From assembly GCF_009914755.1 (NCBI RefSeq), contig NC_060930.1: 64,000 nucleotides of DNA, one strand, 5' to 3'. Below the pieces are notes generated by a model, which was not told the origin of the DNA, searched no databases, and saw only the letters and a list, made by a program, of their open reading frames with translations. The translations under genes and the position numbers were made by a program. This DNA comes from the human T2T-CHM13v2.0 reference genome, Homo sapiens. Below, piece by piece: positions 28,231 to 43,869 of this stretch (its first letter is position 1; the number at the start of each line of letters is the position of its first letter).

Positions 28231-29564
28231 GCTGCTCTGGGTCAATGGTGGCATTCGGGGTTGGAGGTGTAGGAGGCACCCAGCTCAGGAAAGTCCTGGG
28301 GTCTGACCTTGATCCATAGTGTTGGTGGCCACCGAGGGAGTGCCATAAGGTGGCATGTCGCTGGGTCAGTGGGAGGTCAGGTAGCAGCCAATCCCAGTAC
28401 TGCATGAGGCTCTGGCCAGAAAGGGCCATTGAGGCTTTTGTTCATTGTTTGGGGCTTCTTCTATATTTGCTTATTTGTTTGGGGCCTTCTTCATGCCAAT
28501 ATAGACCAAATGCCTATATTGTATCGCCTCCAGTCATATCTCATTTGAAGAATCATCTTTGTTTCATGTTTTCTGAAATGGCTCGTATGTTCCAGAACAG
28601 TCTTATTTTGGAAAGGGCTCCAGGGTAGCATAAGTCTCATGTATTTACATGTGGGCAGTCTGGTAGGATTGATTTATAGTGCGGGTCTTGAACAGTTGAG
28701 TATGTTGGCTTTGGGGCCAGGGGTGGGTCTGTGCCAAATTCAGTGTGGTTCCCAAGGAAAGACCCTGTGCAATTTTAGGAGTTCATGGGCGGGGAGTGGT
28801 AAGTAACTTGGCTTAAAGAGGAAATAAATGGACACAGTTTACTGAGACTTTCACTAAGTCTGCAAACAGAGTGGAGATGAGCATGTGCCACTCTTGAAGA
28901 AGTGTGGATAGCGGGTACCTTAAGCCCTAGTGCTGTGGCTGGAGTTAGCTAGCATTTTAATAAAGTACCTGAGAAAGCTGTGCGGTGATGTCTCCTAATT
29001 TTTCATGATCCCACATTTGTCTGGAGATGAAGTCTCATCCACAGTCACCCATGGCGGAACTCACGGGGCTGGATGGGGTGTGGCAGGTGTGGTCAGGTGT
29101 GGTGTCCTAGGAGCTCAGGAGAAGCCTCCCTAGCCAGGCAGGGGAGGGCAGGACCTGGGGCAGGTGGGCTCACTGTGAGCCCCTTCTGAAGAATCAGGAG
29201 AAGCTGCTTTTGACAAAAGCTCTGTGAAATTTATGGGTGCTCTGGGGGATGGTGGGGAAAACTGCCATGGTGGCACAGAATCACATATACAATAAAATCC
29301 CCCTGCAGAGAAGGCTCGGCCTCCTCTGATGGATGTGTGCTCGTGATGACGCATCAGTCACACTTAGAGGACAGAAAGCTCAGGAGTGCCCTTCACAGAG
29401 TAGCTGGTGTGGCTGTGTTTACTTTAGTGGAGTGTCATGGGGTGCTTTCAACGATCATTTCTTATGGCCAATTCTGGTGTGCCCATTCCCCCGCAGACAT
29501 AAAGGTCGGTGGTTTGGACTTCACCCTAGGCTTAAATGCTATTTTTCAAAAAATGTTTTAAAAA

Positions 29565-30300
29565 AGTTTTAATTTTGAGATAGTCATAGATTCCTGTTCA
29601 ATTATAAGAAGGATGAATGTTGTCAGAATCAAAATGGAGTCACTTATGCTAAAACCCCTGACAAACAGAGCCATGAAAGGCCAGCAGGGGAGGATTCTAT
29701 GCACGAATGCCTGATAACAAGAGCTCTCAGCAAAGACTACAAAAATTACAAGCCTGCCAAAGGCCATGACAACCTGACGTCTGCCCAGCAACTTCCTGTC
29801 CATCCTCAGACTGGCACTATCCTCTTCATTGATCCTTGTAGCCAAGGATAATGAACTCAAGACAATTGCTATCTTCCTTATTTTCGCTTTAAAAGCCTTT
29901 GTCTTCCTTTCACTCCCTGAGTATGCGTATAGTTCACCGTGGCATACAAATTCCCATTGCAATACATACTCCTAAATCAACATCATTTTCTCTTGGAGTC
30001 TCCCTCTCTGTTGTTTAGGTTGACAGCAGTAAGGTGGACGTACCATGTACCCTCCACCTAGTTTCCCCTAAAGGCGGCATTTGCATAGCTGTAGTGCCGC
30101 ATCCCAGCCAGGACAGTGAAGATGCAGAAGAGTTCTCTGAGAAGGCCCCTGTGCTACCTAATGTAGCCATATTTACCTTCCTTCCTCCCATCCACCCCAG
30201 ACACAAATCTGTTCCCCCATTTTATAATTTTGTCATTTTAAGAATGTCATATAAATGCCGTTCTACAGTATGTCACCTTTTGAGATTGTCCAAAGACTAT
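29565..30300 (-). mobile_element. Old L1M 3' fragment split by an LTR insertion
   Basis: 'ttaattttgagatagtcatagattc' continues after the LTR as 'ccatgtaccctccacctagtttcccc...tataattttgtcattttaagaatgtcatataaat'. Confidence 0.55.
29618..30025 (+). mobile_element. Solo ERV LTR (MER72/LTR47-like)
   Basis: TG...CA bounded, starting tgttgtcagaatcaaaatggagtcact and ending tttaggttgaca. The family name is from recall and uncertain. Confidence 0.7.
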
Positions 30301-30399
30301 TTTTAAAAGTGTTTTGCCCATTCTGCTTGTGATCACTGCAGTTAGCTTGCAAGTGTTTTTCTTTTTTTTTTTTTGTAAATGGAGAAATCATGGCATGCA

Positions 30400-31420
<1,021 letters not shown>

Positions 31421-31641
31421 ACTGGATGTGCTTTCTTTGGTATTAGTTACATATGATATACCTAAATATATTTATGTATGTTGACCGGCCTCCAGCAGAA
31501 TAAGGGGGTGGTGCCGAGTGTGGGACAGTGCCCTGCTTCCCTCCCAGCCTAACTGTGTGGTGTCAGCATATGCGTTAGTGAGAGAGTTGCTTTGTGTTGG
31601 AAGTCCATTTTCAGTTGGAGAGAAGAATTGTATTTACACAG

Positions 31642-32040
31642 TATGTGAGTGTCCTAGGGCTGCTGTAATAAAATACCACAAACTGAGTGGCTTTAAACAA
31701 CAGAAATGTATTATCTTGCAGCTCCGGAGCTGGAAGTCTGGAATCTGTAGGGCCAGTCATGCTCTCTTGGAAGGCCCTGGCAGAGAGCCTATCCTTGCTT
31801 CTTCCTAGCTTCTTGTGGTTTCCTTGGCTTTTAGACACATCAGTCCAACCTCTGCCTCCACGTCATATGGCATTCTCCCTGCGTCTTCTCTTGTAAAGAC
31901 ACCGGTCATATGGGATTAGTTTTGGCCATCTTAACTCTGTAAGACTGTATTTCCAAAATTTCCCAATAAGGTCACATTCACAAATACCAGGGGTTAGAAT
32001 TTCAATATATTTTTGGAAGGGATACAATTTAACTCATAAC
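31642..32040 (-). mobile_element. MLT1 (B/C type) MaLR LTR
   Basis: 'agggctgctgtaataaaataccacaaactgagtggctttaaacaacagaaat...aataaggtcacattcacaaataccaggggttag'. Confidence 0.78.
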
Positions 32041-32072
32041 GTGTGGTGTGCTTACCAACATGATTCCTTTTC

Positions 32073-32849
32073 TTTTTTTAATTTTTAATTTAATTTTAAG
32101 TTTAAGTTCCAGGGTACATGTGCAGGATGTGCAGGTTTGTTACATAGGTAAATGTGTGCCATGGTGGTTTGCAGCACCTGTCAACCCATCACCTAGGTAT
32201 TAAGCCTGGCATGCATTAGTTATTTTTCCTGATGCTCTGCCCCAACCCCCTGTCCTCCCCTGACAGGCCCCAGTGTGTCCTGTTCCCCTCCCTGTGTCCA
32301 TGTGTTCTTATTGTTCAGCTCCTACTTATAAGTGAGAACATGCAGTGTTTGGTTTTCTGTTCCTGTATTAGTTTGCTGAGGATAATGGCTTCCAGCATTA
32401 TCCAAGTCCCTGTAAAGGACATGATCTCATTCCTTCTTATGGCTGCATAGTACTCCATGGTGTATATGTCCCGCATTTTAAAATCCAGTCTATCACTGAT
32501 GTGATAGACTGGGTTGATTTCATGTCTGCTGTTGTGAATAGTGCTGCAATGAACATACGTGTGCATGTATCTTTATAATAGAATTATTTATATTCTTTTG
32601 GATATAGACCCAGTAATTAGGTTGCTGGGTCAAATGGTATTTCCAGTTTTAAATCTTTGAGAAATCACCACACTATCTTCCACAATGGTTGAACTAATTT
32701 ACATTCCCATCAACAATGTAAAAACGTTCCTATTTCTCCATAACCTCGACAGCATCTGTTGTTTCTTGACTTCTTAATAATCGCCATTCTGACTGGCATG
32801 AGATGGTATCTCATTGTGGTTTTGACTTGCATTTCTCTAATGATCAGTG
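32073..32849 (-). mobile_element. 5'-truncated L1PA (primate L1 3' end)
   Basis: Reverse L1PA 3'UTR ('gggtacatgtgcaggatgtgcaggtttgttacataggtaa') with a perfect 13-bp TSD ATGATTCCTTTTC at 32060-32072 and 32850-32862. Confidence 0.93.
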
Positions 32850-34899
32850 ATGATTCCTTTTCAGTAGGCAAAAGAGTTCATCAGCTTCTAGCACTGGGCC
32901 ACAGCTCAGATGAGGAAGGGATAAGCCCCTGAGATGCATTGTGTGCTGAACTGTCAACCTGGTGTTCCAAAGACCTATGGACATTCAAGTGGTCTTAATT
33001 ATTTGATCAAGCCTGGCTAGGTCCTTCACTGATAGATTAAATAATAAGTAATTAACTCACATCTTCTGCGGGCAGGGCACTGTGCTAGGCTCTGGGGTTA
33101 CAAAGATTTAGTAATAAAGAAGTTGGGATTGCTGTGGCCATAAATGACAACCAAATATGATAAATGTAGCAATATAGGATCATCTTGGACTTTCTAATAA
33201 ACTTCCGCTTGCCAGATGTAGTGTTTTTACATTGAAACATACAGAACTGTAAGATCAGGAAGAGAAACCACCAACTATGTCTGAGGACCTTGCCTGGCGG
33301 GCACACTTTGGTGTTGACTCAATCTGAAACTCAAAAAATCAGTACTTTTTTTCCTATTCTGTAAAATTTGGAATGTGCCTTTCTCTTTTTTTCTGTCTAG
33401 ATTGTATTTTCTAATTGAGACTTCCAGGTCATGAGATGAAGGCAGTCTTGTTCTACCACAGACAGTCCATGGGCCGTGGATCTGACAGCCTTTGACCTTC
33501 TTGATGATATGGAAAACCATCACGTTCTCTTTTCCTGTAACATGTGCCCTGGCTCCAGTCTGTTTTTTAATACCACTTTCCACCCCACCCATCAATTTCC
33601 TTCTACTGCTCTCTGATAGCCTGGGAGAATTGAAGCATCTTGTTTTGGCTAATAATTCTCAGAATCCACATATGTACCTGCTGATATTCAAACAAACCAC
33701 ACCCAAAGGATGTGAGGCCTTGGGGTGATCTTATTTTCACAGCTGCATTATGACTGCACTTTCAATGCTAGCACCTAGGGAGGCTGAGGTTCAGGGTACA
33801 AACACTAGATATCATCTGAGCAGATTGTGTGTCCCTCTTAACAAGCATGCGGAATCTGACTTGGGGTCCTTGGGATGAGTTCCGTGGGGTCCACTGGCAC
33901 TCTGAAATTGTAATGTAGTTTCATTACAGGAAACAATTCTCAGCATTTTGAGGAGTCAAAGATAGGCTAGGTCACAGCCACAGAGAGGGACAGACTATGT
34001 GTCCTCTTGGAATTCAAGCCCTGGAAAGCAGTGAGTGACCCAGGGCTTCCACACATGGGGAAAATCTCTAGTAAAAGCGCTCTTTGAATTCCATTAATGC
34101 CATACTCTGTTCTCTGATTATCCTAGCTTTGGGAGGACTTCCTTTCCCCTGGGCCCTGATAATGTTTCTTGTTAGTGGCACTCAGCTGATAGTAAATGCC
34201 TGATACCCTCACTCTTTCATGTGCCAATGTAGTGCTTCCTTCAGTAGATTGAAGCCCATTGCCTTTCTTACATATCTCCAAATTAATTCACTTGTATTCC
34301 CAGGGGAGTGGCTTTCTTAGTAACTCTATGTCACCCAATTGAATAGCATATTCAAAGATGTTTACCTTTGAAGGTAGGGAAATGTGTTGGAATTTGCCTG
34401 GGTCTGTCCAGTCATGGAAATCACTGAAGACTATTTTGGATTTACAATCAATAGGCAGATGGAAGAGGAGAAGCTGAATCAGATTATCTAAGTTTCCTTT
34501 CAACTGTCAAGATTTAAAAATTCCAATTAAAAGTATGTTTTCCAAGATGGAAGGAAATGAGGACCAAATGCCAGCTCTGCTGTGTGCGGAGGGAGAATTG
34601 GCCAAGAGCTGAGATACTGGGAATCAGGCTGGGTCATTTTGTACCAGGTTGTGATTGGGGATATCAGGTGTTCTGTGGCATTTATTCCTCATGTTGATGT
34701 TATCTCACATGTGTGGAGTGTTTTATGATTTTCTTTCATATTTTATTCTTGCATCAATCCTATGAGGTAGGTAGGATTAGCTACATTCATAGAAAAATGG
34801 ACTAAGTTTGATATTTGTAGAGAGAAACTTGAGTGGCATATTTGCTTTCTTTGAGGGCCTTGAATGGTGGTGGACACTCTCTTTCAAGAGGAGAAAAAT

Positions 34900-35460
34900 G
34901 GGTTCTTTTCAGCCTTGACTTGACTTGACATTGGGGGACATTCCCTTCTTCCTGAAAATCTCTCCTGCTTCCATGATGCAACTTTTTTCTGGTTCTCCTA
35001 CCACTAAAATTTCAGATTTAAACTGTCATCCCTCAGACCTCTGCGTTCTTTGGGTGGAGATGTCAAGTAGACAGTTGGACACACTGGAGCTCAGAGGGGA
35101 AGCCAGGCTGGAGTTGGGAATTCAGGAGCCTTCCACATATGGATGGTCTTTGCAGTCATAGCACCAGGTGTGCTACATGGGTAGAGAAGGAAGGAGTGCA
35201 GTAGAGAAGAGGGAAAGCCAGAGCTGGGCTCTGCAGTGCTCTACCATTTAGAGTTCTGGCAGAGGAGGAGGAGCTGGCAAAGGGGACCAAGACGGGGTGA
35301 CCAATGATGTGGAAGAGAAACCAGGGAGTGTGGCATCCCAGAAGCTAGTCTAGTGGTCAGGGAGGACCTGAGAAGACTTGCTTCTAGGAGGAGGCGCTCA
35401 CTGTTGTCGGACATAGAGTAAGCTGAGGAGCAAGAGATGAAGATTTGGCAGCATGAAATC
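34900..35460. mobile_element. L2 fragments
   Basis: 'gtggagatgtcaagtagacagttggacacactggagctcagagg' and other L2 body motifs. Confidence 0.55.
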
Positions 35461-35599
35461 TTGCGTTCACAAGATCCATTCAGGGCACGAGCTCATGTGT
35501 CCTTATGAATTCAGCTGCCACCACTGGCTTTCAGTTTTATATCTTTGGTTCTGATTTATCTCTGGGTTTATACTTATTGCTTTTAATTATAATTACAGC

Positions 35600-35760
35600 T
35601 GAGAGGGAACAAAGTATAGTAGAAAGAGCATGGTCCATAGTTTCAGATGGGTCTGAGCTTGACTGTCACTTACTAGATGTGTGCCCTTGGGCAAATCACT
35701 TAACTCTCTGTGACTCAGTTTCCTTATTTATAAAAATGCGAACACCAAAGTGCAGTGCAC
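35600..35760 (+). mobile_element. MIR
   Basis: 'cacttactagatgtgtgcccttgggcaaatcacttaactctctgtgactcagtttccttatttataaaaatg'. Confidence 0.75.
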
Positions 35761-36682
35761 AGGCTTTGAAATGGGGATCAAAGAGAAAATAGTTATGATA
35801 ACACAGCTCATTTTAAATCACTTCTATATTGCCAGTTCCTTGCTTAGAATCTGACACATAGTAGGCACTCAGTAAATCTCTGTTCCATAAATGAATGAAA
35901 TGGCTGGCACTAAGTAGGTGGTCAGCAAATGTTCCTTTCCTTTCTTTTTTACTTCCTTAAATATTTTTTTCTATATTACAAACGGATCCAAAACTTAAAC
36001 TCTTAGTTTATTAGGTGTGTAGTGTATTTTCCCCTTTTTATTGATAATTTACCTATGCCCATTCATAATCATTAAATGAGTTTTATTATCTGAAATGTTT
36101 TAAAAATGGCTCATTAGCAAGTGGGGTTGTCACTGGGCCTATGTGGTAGCTGGCTCTTGGTCATGTCTGTCTCATTCACTGTGTTTCAAACCTACCTCTC
36201 CAGAACCTTTGCTTGGCCTCTCTTCTAAGGGTGTTTTTCAGGGAGCTTTCTGAGTAATATGAGTGGTGATTTTGGGTACAGTAATGCCCAAGTGTTTAAC
36301 ATAGTTAGACAATGACTTTCACATTTTGGGAAAAGGAATAAATTTTCAGGGAGTGGTTTTTGGTCTGGCATGCCAAGCAGTTTATAGTAGGCTGAGACTA
36401 GCTGGACTAGCAAACAATGGTCATTCTTTAAGAAACTATTTCTTGGTTACAAATTGAATCTGAAGAATGTGCGAAAAAATTCCACAAAAACCTGCAAAGT
36501 ACTGGCTTCTAGTTGGGTCTCTGTTGCCTGCCAATGGAAGGCATGAGCCCTTCCCAACTATAGGCATTTGCTCTTTAGGGCCTGTTATTTCTTATGATTG
36601 TTATAAATAAATATACTTATGGAATTCCTCCAGTTCCATTTCCCTAAACCATTCTGGAAAGCTGGTGGTTTATATGGAGGGT

Positions 36683-36694
36683 GGGGGGGGGGGG
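36683..36694 (+). repeat. G12 homopolymer
   Basis: 12 consecutive G residues. Confidence 0.9.
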
Positions 36695-37019
36695 AATCTT
36701 GTTTTTGCTCTGAAACGGTAGCTTTTGCTTACACTGGATCCTAAACAAAATGGCCAAGAACTTTAAAACCTCAAATCCTAATGATTGAATTCAGCCAGAT
36801 CTGATGGTGGAGTTCAGTCTGATTTATGGCTGCATCACTCTCTGGGCAGATGTAATTACTCAAGTCAATGGCCTACTGACAAATAAGCATTGAAATTGTC
36901 AAAATTAAATTCCCAGAGGGGATCCCTTAAAAATAACAAACAGAAAGTAATGAAAATTAAACCAAAGCAGCTCTCATTTAAAAATCAGGAAGATGATTTG
37001 ATTTTACAAATCCAGAAGT

Positions 37020-37530
37020 GATGTTAGGTAGCAGTGGGTTGGGCTGCAGACAACATGATATCTGATTAACAGTGGCTAAACAAGTAAGAGAATTGTTTAT
37101 CTCATTCACCAGTAAACTTGGGAGCAGAGAGACCGGGACTGTCCCATGGTTTAACAAGGTTATGGACACATAGCCTTGTTCCATTTTCCACTTTGCTGTC
37201 ATCATTCTCAAGATTGTCACTCCATGTTTTAAGTTGGCAGCTGCATCACCAGGTATCATGTTGACATCCCAAGGGGTAAAAAAGGAGGAAGGTACAAAAG
37301 GCCACCAGCCCATAACAGCCAAACCTAACCCCTTTAAAATGCTTTCTGAGAAATGGCAGGACGAACCTCCCTATGTCTGTCATTGGCTAGAGTTGATCAT
37401 ATGGCCATCCTAGCTGCAAGGGAAGCTGAAAAGTCATGACTGAATGTTTAGTATTCCGGCCTCTGTAGTAGAAGGCAAGGGAGAAAGAAGCTGGGAATAG
37501 CTTTTGGGTAGCCAATCCATAGTGTCTATG
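37020..37530 (-). mobile_element. Old MLT1 (J/K/L type) MaLR LTR
   Basis: 'taacagtggctaaacaag...gcagctgcatcaccaggtatcatg...gtcattggctagagttgatcatatggccatcctagctgcaagggaagctg'. Confidence 0.65.
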
Positions 37531-39984
37531 GTGGTGGTTTCTGAATTTAATGCAATCTGTCAGACTGTTATATATTAGTTGGGAAACTGGACTTGAATGG
37601 GACTAATAAAAATCCAGCTTAAAATGTCTCAGAAACATCTTGAGGGATAAGGGAGATTTATTTTAAGACTATTCTCTGAGCAAATTACAGTCAGTTCCTA
37701 TTGGCTTGAGAGTTTGATTTTAGTTTTGCTGCTTGCAGTTTATTTTGAAACAGAATTTCTTCATGTTTCATTTTACTGTTCCATTTTTGTATTTTTCTGC
37801 TTTGTAGATCTTTTCCAAGTTGGCGGGTGGTGGGGAAGGAGGGAGTAAAGTAGGAAGATAATGAAAGGGAATAATGAAAGATAAACTATATTAATGAATA
37901 TTCTTTCTCTTTGCTCCAATTTCCCCTGAAATGCAAATAAACAAACAACCTAGAATCTAACACATTCTAGGCAAACTTTGTCCATAAGGAGCCATTAACC
38001 CTTGAGATAATGAGAGTGCTTCTGAATGAAAGGCTTAGTTTGCCCTCATCGTGCAATGGTGCAGGTGAACTTGGCTGGAGGTTGGGAGCCAATTCCTGAG
38101 GTCCCTAGAGGCAAAAGTGAGCTGCCCAGGTACCTTGGAAGCTCTTTCCATGGGACCTTTTCATGTAAGGCAGCATGCCTGGCAGTTGCCTGCATGGCAA
38201 GCTGACATGCAGCTCCCAGGCAGAGCCCAGAGACACAGGGGTCTCTGGCACAGGATGCAGTCTACTGAAGCCCAGGTGTGAGGATCACTCTGACATGCAG
38301 CCACTTGAAACTCACCAGAGGTGGAAAGTGCTCACACAGAAACGCGTGGAGGTGGTGGTGGCGCTGACAGTCTGGAGGGGATAGAAATTGATCTGACAAA
38401 TGCCATTTAAGGATTGGCCAATGTTTCCCCTTTGGAGATTTGGATGGCTTCACCATTTGGCTTCTTTGAGATGATGAAGAAAAAATGTGATTCACAACTG
38501 TATTCAGTGACTATCCAGTGTACCCTTATAAGTACATTGGCATGCATGCATGAAAGTTTGGCCTTTTTGTCTGAATAAAATAATGCGTTGTTATCAAAAT
38601 GCTGGAAGAATAGCTGGTGACAACCACGGGGAATTTAGGTGGGGCTGGGGTGGCTGGAGAGGTGAGCCCAGGAGTGCCGCTGGCTCCTCTGCTCAGGAGT
38701 GAGTATTGGCTGCAGCCAGTAATGGGGACCTGCAGCCTAGGGCAGAGCTGCTCACTCCACCAGTGTCCACCCTCCCCAGGTGAACATAACAGGGCGCTTT
38801 GGGGCCTGGAGTAGAATCCAGTAAGTTAGAGTTTCATGGGGAAATGGATTGGGCAGTGAGGAATGTGAACCAGGGATAGTCTGTAGGACACGATCTGCTT
38901 CCATTGCTGTCCTCCATCTCTCGTGGCACCTGGGACACCTGCTTGCCTTGATGTTCCTCTGACCTGACAAAGCGCTGGGTGGTGTCAGAGTTTTGTTTGC
39001 AAAGCTCTTTCCATTCCCTAGTGTGTTTTATAATAAGTTCAGACTCCAAAGAGCTAGGGTTTGATTTTATTTTTTGTACAGTTATCCTTAAAGAACCCAA
39101 TGCCAACTGTGGAAAACACTTCTATTGAACCCTATGCATATTGAGAAATGTCAGAAGGGGACCCAGGGGGTTCTTTTCATACCCAGACTGTGTCTACCCA
39201 ACAGCAGCCTCCTCGGGGAAAATTCAATCCACCATCTGCAAATTTTACTAGTATTAGTTTTACATCACAGAACCACAAAACAACCTGGACTTCCAGGGTT
39301 TTCTTTTTTCTGGGTGGGGTCTGGGTCATAAATATTTGCCAAATATAATTCCAACATCCATTTGAAAAAATATTTAAAATTTGGTCAGTCATTTGAGTCG
39401 TTCTAGTATTTTGCCCATGTGTTGTCAACCCTCTGATGTTTCTGAATTTCTGAATATTTCTGTGCTGTCCTGTATCGTATGAATGATAGCTTCATTTTTC
39501 CACCTTTCCTCTGAATCCTAGTCTCTATGTCGTATATCACATTGATTCCTACCTCCAAGCTATACTGCTATTGTAGTACATCCTAACCTTTTCTGGCTGA
39601 TTATCTGTTGACTTTTTGGTCCAAGATGTGGTTACACTGAGATCTGTGTTTTCTTCATTTCAGAGTCTGGGAAGTATTTGGCGGTTTCCAATGGAAAGTA
39701 AAACTTGAACTTCAAACAAAGATGAAGTAGGGAGACTTACGTAAGCATGAAGGGTTTGTTGCATTAAAGAGCAATCTTTGGTATACTTAAGAAATAACTT
39801 CAGCATTTTTGGGGTTTTATTGGACCAGTGTATTTCCAAAGCCCTTAACATTCCTTTGGGAGTTTCTTTGTAACTTAGTCTGTCCTCACTGGCTCCTTGG
39901 CATTTGCTGCAGGCTGGGTGGGCTGCTGTGAATGCTCCACTAGGAATGGCAGTCGTACCAGGTGGTATCTGCCTCAATTTCTTT

Positions 39985-40284
39985 CTTTTTTTTTTTTTGA
40001 GACAGAGTCTCGCTCTGTTGCCCAGGCTGGAGTCCAGTGGCGCAATCTTGGCTTACTGCAAGCTCCGCCTCCCGGGTTCATGCCATTCTCCTGCCTCAGC
40101 CTCTTGAGTAGCTGGGACTACAGGTGCCCGCCACCAGGCCCGGCTAATTTTTTTTTTTGAATTTTTAGTAGAGACGGGGTTTCACCGTGTTAGCCAGGAT
40201 GGTCTCGATCTCCTGACCTCGTGATCCACCTGCCTCGGCCTCCCAAAGTGCTGGGATTACAGGCGTGAGCCACTGCGCCCGGCC
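39985..40284 (-). mobile_element. AluY
   Basis: Y-diagnostic 'gcaagctccgcctcccgggttcatgccattctcc' and 'ttagccaggatggtctcgatctcc'. 14-bp TSD GCCTCAATTTCTTT. Confidence 0.95.
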
Positions 40285-40300
40285 GCCTCAATTTCTTTGA

Positions 40301-40658
<358 letters not shown>

Positions 40659-42500
40659 AATTTTTATTTTCATAGAAGATCTTGATTAATAATGTTCTAG
40701 CCCATCGGGGTCTGACTATGGATGGCAAAAACCCAACTTGAGCTCATTTAAATTCCAGAATTCATTGGTTCTTGGAGCTATACCATGGGATAGGCAGGGG
40801 GCCAGCTGGCCTTTGGGATGCCTAGAACTAGGGCTGTAAGCATCATTGGAACTCTCTCCTCACCTCTGGTCTCTTCTCAATGTGACAGCAAGAGCTGGTC
40901 ACCAGCAATGTCAGGATTCTTCCTCCACAGCCTCGTGAGTAGAAAGTACTGGCCACATCTCCAGTCCAGCTCCAGTTAGAAAAATTCCTGGGAAGTTCCC
41001 TGGGCAGTTTGGGGTCACACGTCCATTACCAGAAGAATTAGGGGAGCTTTACTGGATAGACAGAAATGATGTGTATTCTTTCCACAATACAGTGTGGATT
41101 GGCTTCCTTATAGAGATTGTGTGGAGGACTCTAAGAATTTAGGCAAGCAGGACGCTTTGGATTCACTTATTCTTACTTCAGGGAACCCTGAAGAAATGGC
41201 ACCGATTTCAGTGAATGATGGCAGAGGCCACAGTTGCTGAGGGAACTCTCACCCCTCCTGGGCGTTGGAAAGACTCTTCCCTGGCTGAGGCCGAATAGTA
41301 TAAGAAGTAAAGGAGGAAAGCTATTTGGACTTTAATTTCTTTCGGTTTTGAGCTATAAGACAAAGACAGCACTACTTTTGGACTTTAAATTTCCCCTGGG
41401 AATTTTGTGATGGGAGGGATTTCTGTGAAAATCTGGGTGTTTTTATATTGCTTGTATTGTGTTATGAACAGATTGTCACGCTGTTATGTCATCTCATTCC
41501 TGGGACTGTGCTGGGCTCTTTTGGATAGCATAAACTGGGCAAAATTTGGCATTGGAATAGGTCAGGACAGCAGTAAATTTTCAGCCTGGAGGTCAGCTTG
41601 ACTTTGGAGTTGGCTAAAGAATGAGTTTTACCCATGTCAAAGCCTTCTGGGGTCCTGATAGGGGCGGTATTCCCATCTTTAATCCCAGGAAGATACATGG
41701 CAGGTTACTGATGAATCCGGGGCATTGCCTGAAGGTGGCGCGAGGTGGTCCTCATCCTCGCCCTGAGGGGCAGCCACAGCTTGACCATAGGTTGACCGTT
41801 GCACCCAGTGGGGTCAGGGACAACCAGCTGGGGATGTTCAGGGAGCTTCCAAGGAGAGGAACTGTGGTGCCATAGAGCACAACAGAGGACATTTCTGGCC
41901 TGTCCCCTGTCCCGCACTCCACGCTGCAGCCGAGGGTGATTGGGAGGAGTACAGCCTGGTCGGCCTTCTTTCTTTACCTGGTGGCATGAATGGATTAGAA
42001 GCCCCAGGCATGAGTGTCTCCTCTCAGGTCTGCCTTCCTACGGGAAAGTTCCATTTGGCTCCACTCCCACGTCCCTGTGGGAATTCATGGGGTGAGGTCT
42101 AGGCCGGTTGCTCTCTGTCCACAGCTGGGAAGCTGCGTGCTGAGTAGTCTGCCCTGCAGTCTCCTTCTGGGTCCTCCAGTGGTCCAGAGCTGGAGCAGGG
42201 AGACGAGGAGGTAGGAAGCACAATGGTGGCCACACGTTAGAGCCCACATTCTCCAGTTCAGCTTTGTCAGCAATAAACCTGATATTTTGCTTTCTGACTC
42301 TTTTATCTGTTTGTTCAATTTTGTTTTGAACTCAAATGTTCATCATGAGCACTTTTGTGCCCCATGCTTCAAGTTCAGGAACGGGTGCTTCATACATTTA
42401 GCCTGGGGAAATGAAACTGAAACGTAATTTGTTATTGATCAGCACACTAGAAATATATAGGCCCTTTTATTGCTTGGCCTAATGTATTCCATTTGGTATT

Positions 42501-42874
42501 TGTATCAGTTCGTTCTCACGCTGCTGTAAAGAACTACCTGAGACTGGGTAATTTATGAAGAAAAGAGATTTAATTGACTCACGGTTCTTCAGGCTGTACA
42601 GGAAGCAAGGCTAGGAGGCCTCAGGAAACTTACAAGCTTGGCGGAAAGCAAAGGGGAAGCAAGAACGTCTACGATGGTGGAGCAAGAGAGCGAAAGGGGA
42701 GGTGCCACATATTTTCAAATAACCATATCTTGTGAGGCTATCATGGGACAGCACTAGGGGGATAGTGCTAAACCATTAGAAACCACTCCATGATCTCATC
42801 ACCCCCTACCTCCAACACTCAAGATCACAATTCAACATGAGATTTGGGTGGGGACACAGAGCCAAACCATATCA
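42501..42874 (-). mobile_element. MSTA MaLR solo LTR
   Basis: tgtatcagttcgttctcacgctgct...gccaaaccatatca. Confidence 0.9.
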
Positions 42875-43479
42875 CTATAAGAGATGGGTCCTAGGAATCA
42901 ATGAATTGTCTAAGTACAGTGGGACCAGCAGTTTTGAGATCCAAAGATAACTCAAATCTATTATTTTAAGACTTGATTTTCAAATCAAATCAAATGGATT
43001 TTTAGTTACTTGAGTAATTTTCTCCAGGGAATACTTGGTAGAAAAATCAAAGAAGAAATAGCATTTGTTTTTCATGCAACTGTTCCATAACTCATTAACT
43101 CAGAAAATATTTGGTTTTACCTATTCAACATTTTGTTAGTGGATTTTTTGAAACCTCAGCTGTGTATTTTAACTTCATTATCTACAACGATTATGTGAGT
43201 GGTAAGCTCTGTTTCAGTGCAATCACAGAATTAAAGAATGTAAGCATGCTTATCAGTTGCTATTTTGTTTCTAAATGGTAGACTGACTGTAAATCACACT
43301 TAAAGTATTCATTTATTCACCTGATATTTATTGAATGCTGACTCTGAGCCAACACTTTTGGTGCTGTAGAACATTTGGCTAAAATCAGTGCATTTCAAAG
43401 TTAAAATGGAGCATATTCAAGGGAATTATGCCTGATAGAAGATGATTTTATTCTTTGTTTCTCCCTGGATTAGTCGTGC

Positions 43480-43869
<390 letters not shown>

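Noticed and set aside
41080-41960. Possible old ERV/Gypsy LTR plus internal sequence
   Set aside because: It has a repeat-like appearance but I could not define termini, TSD or family by eye.
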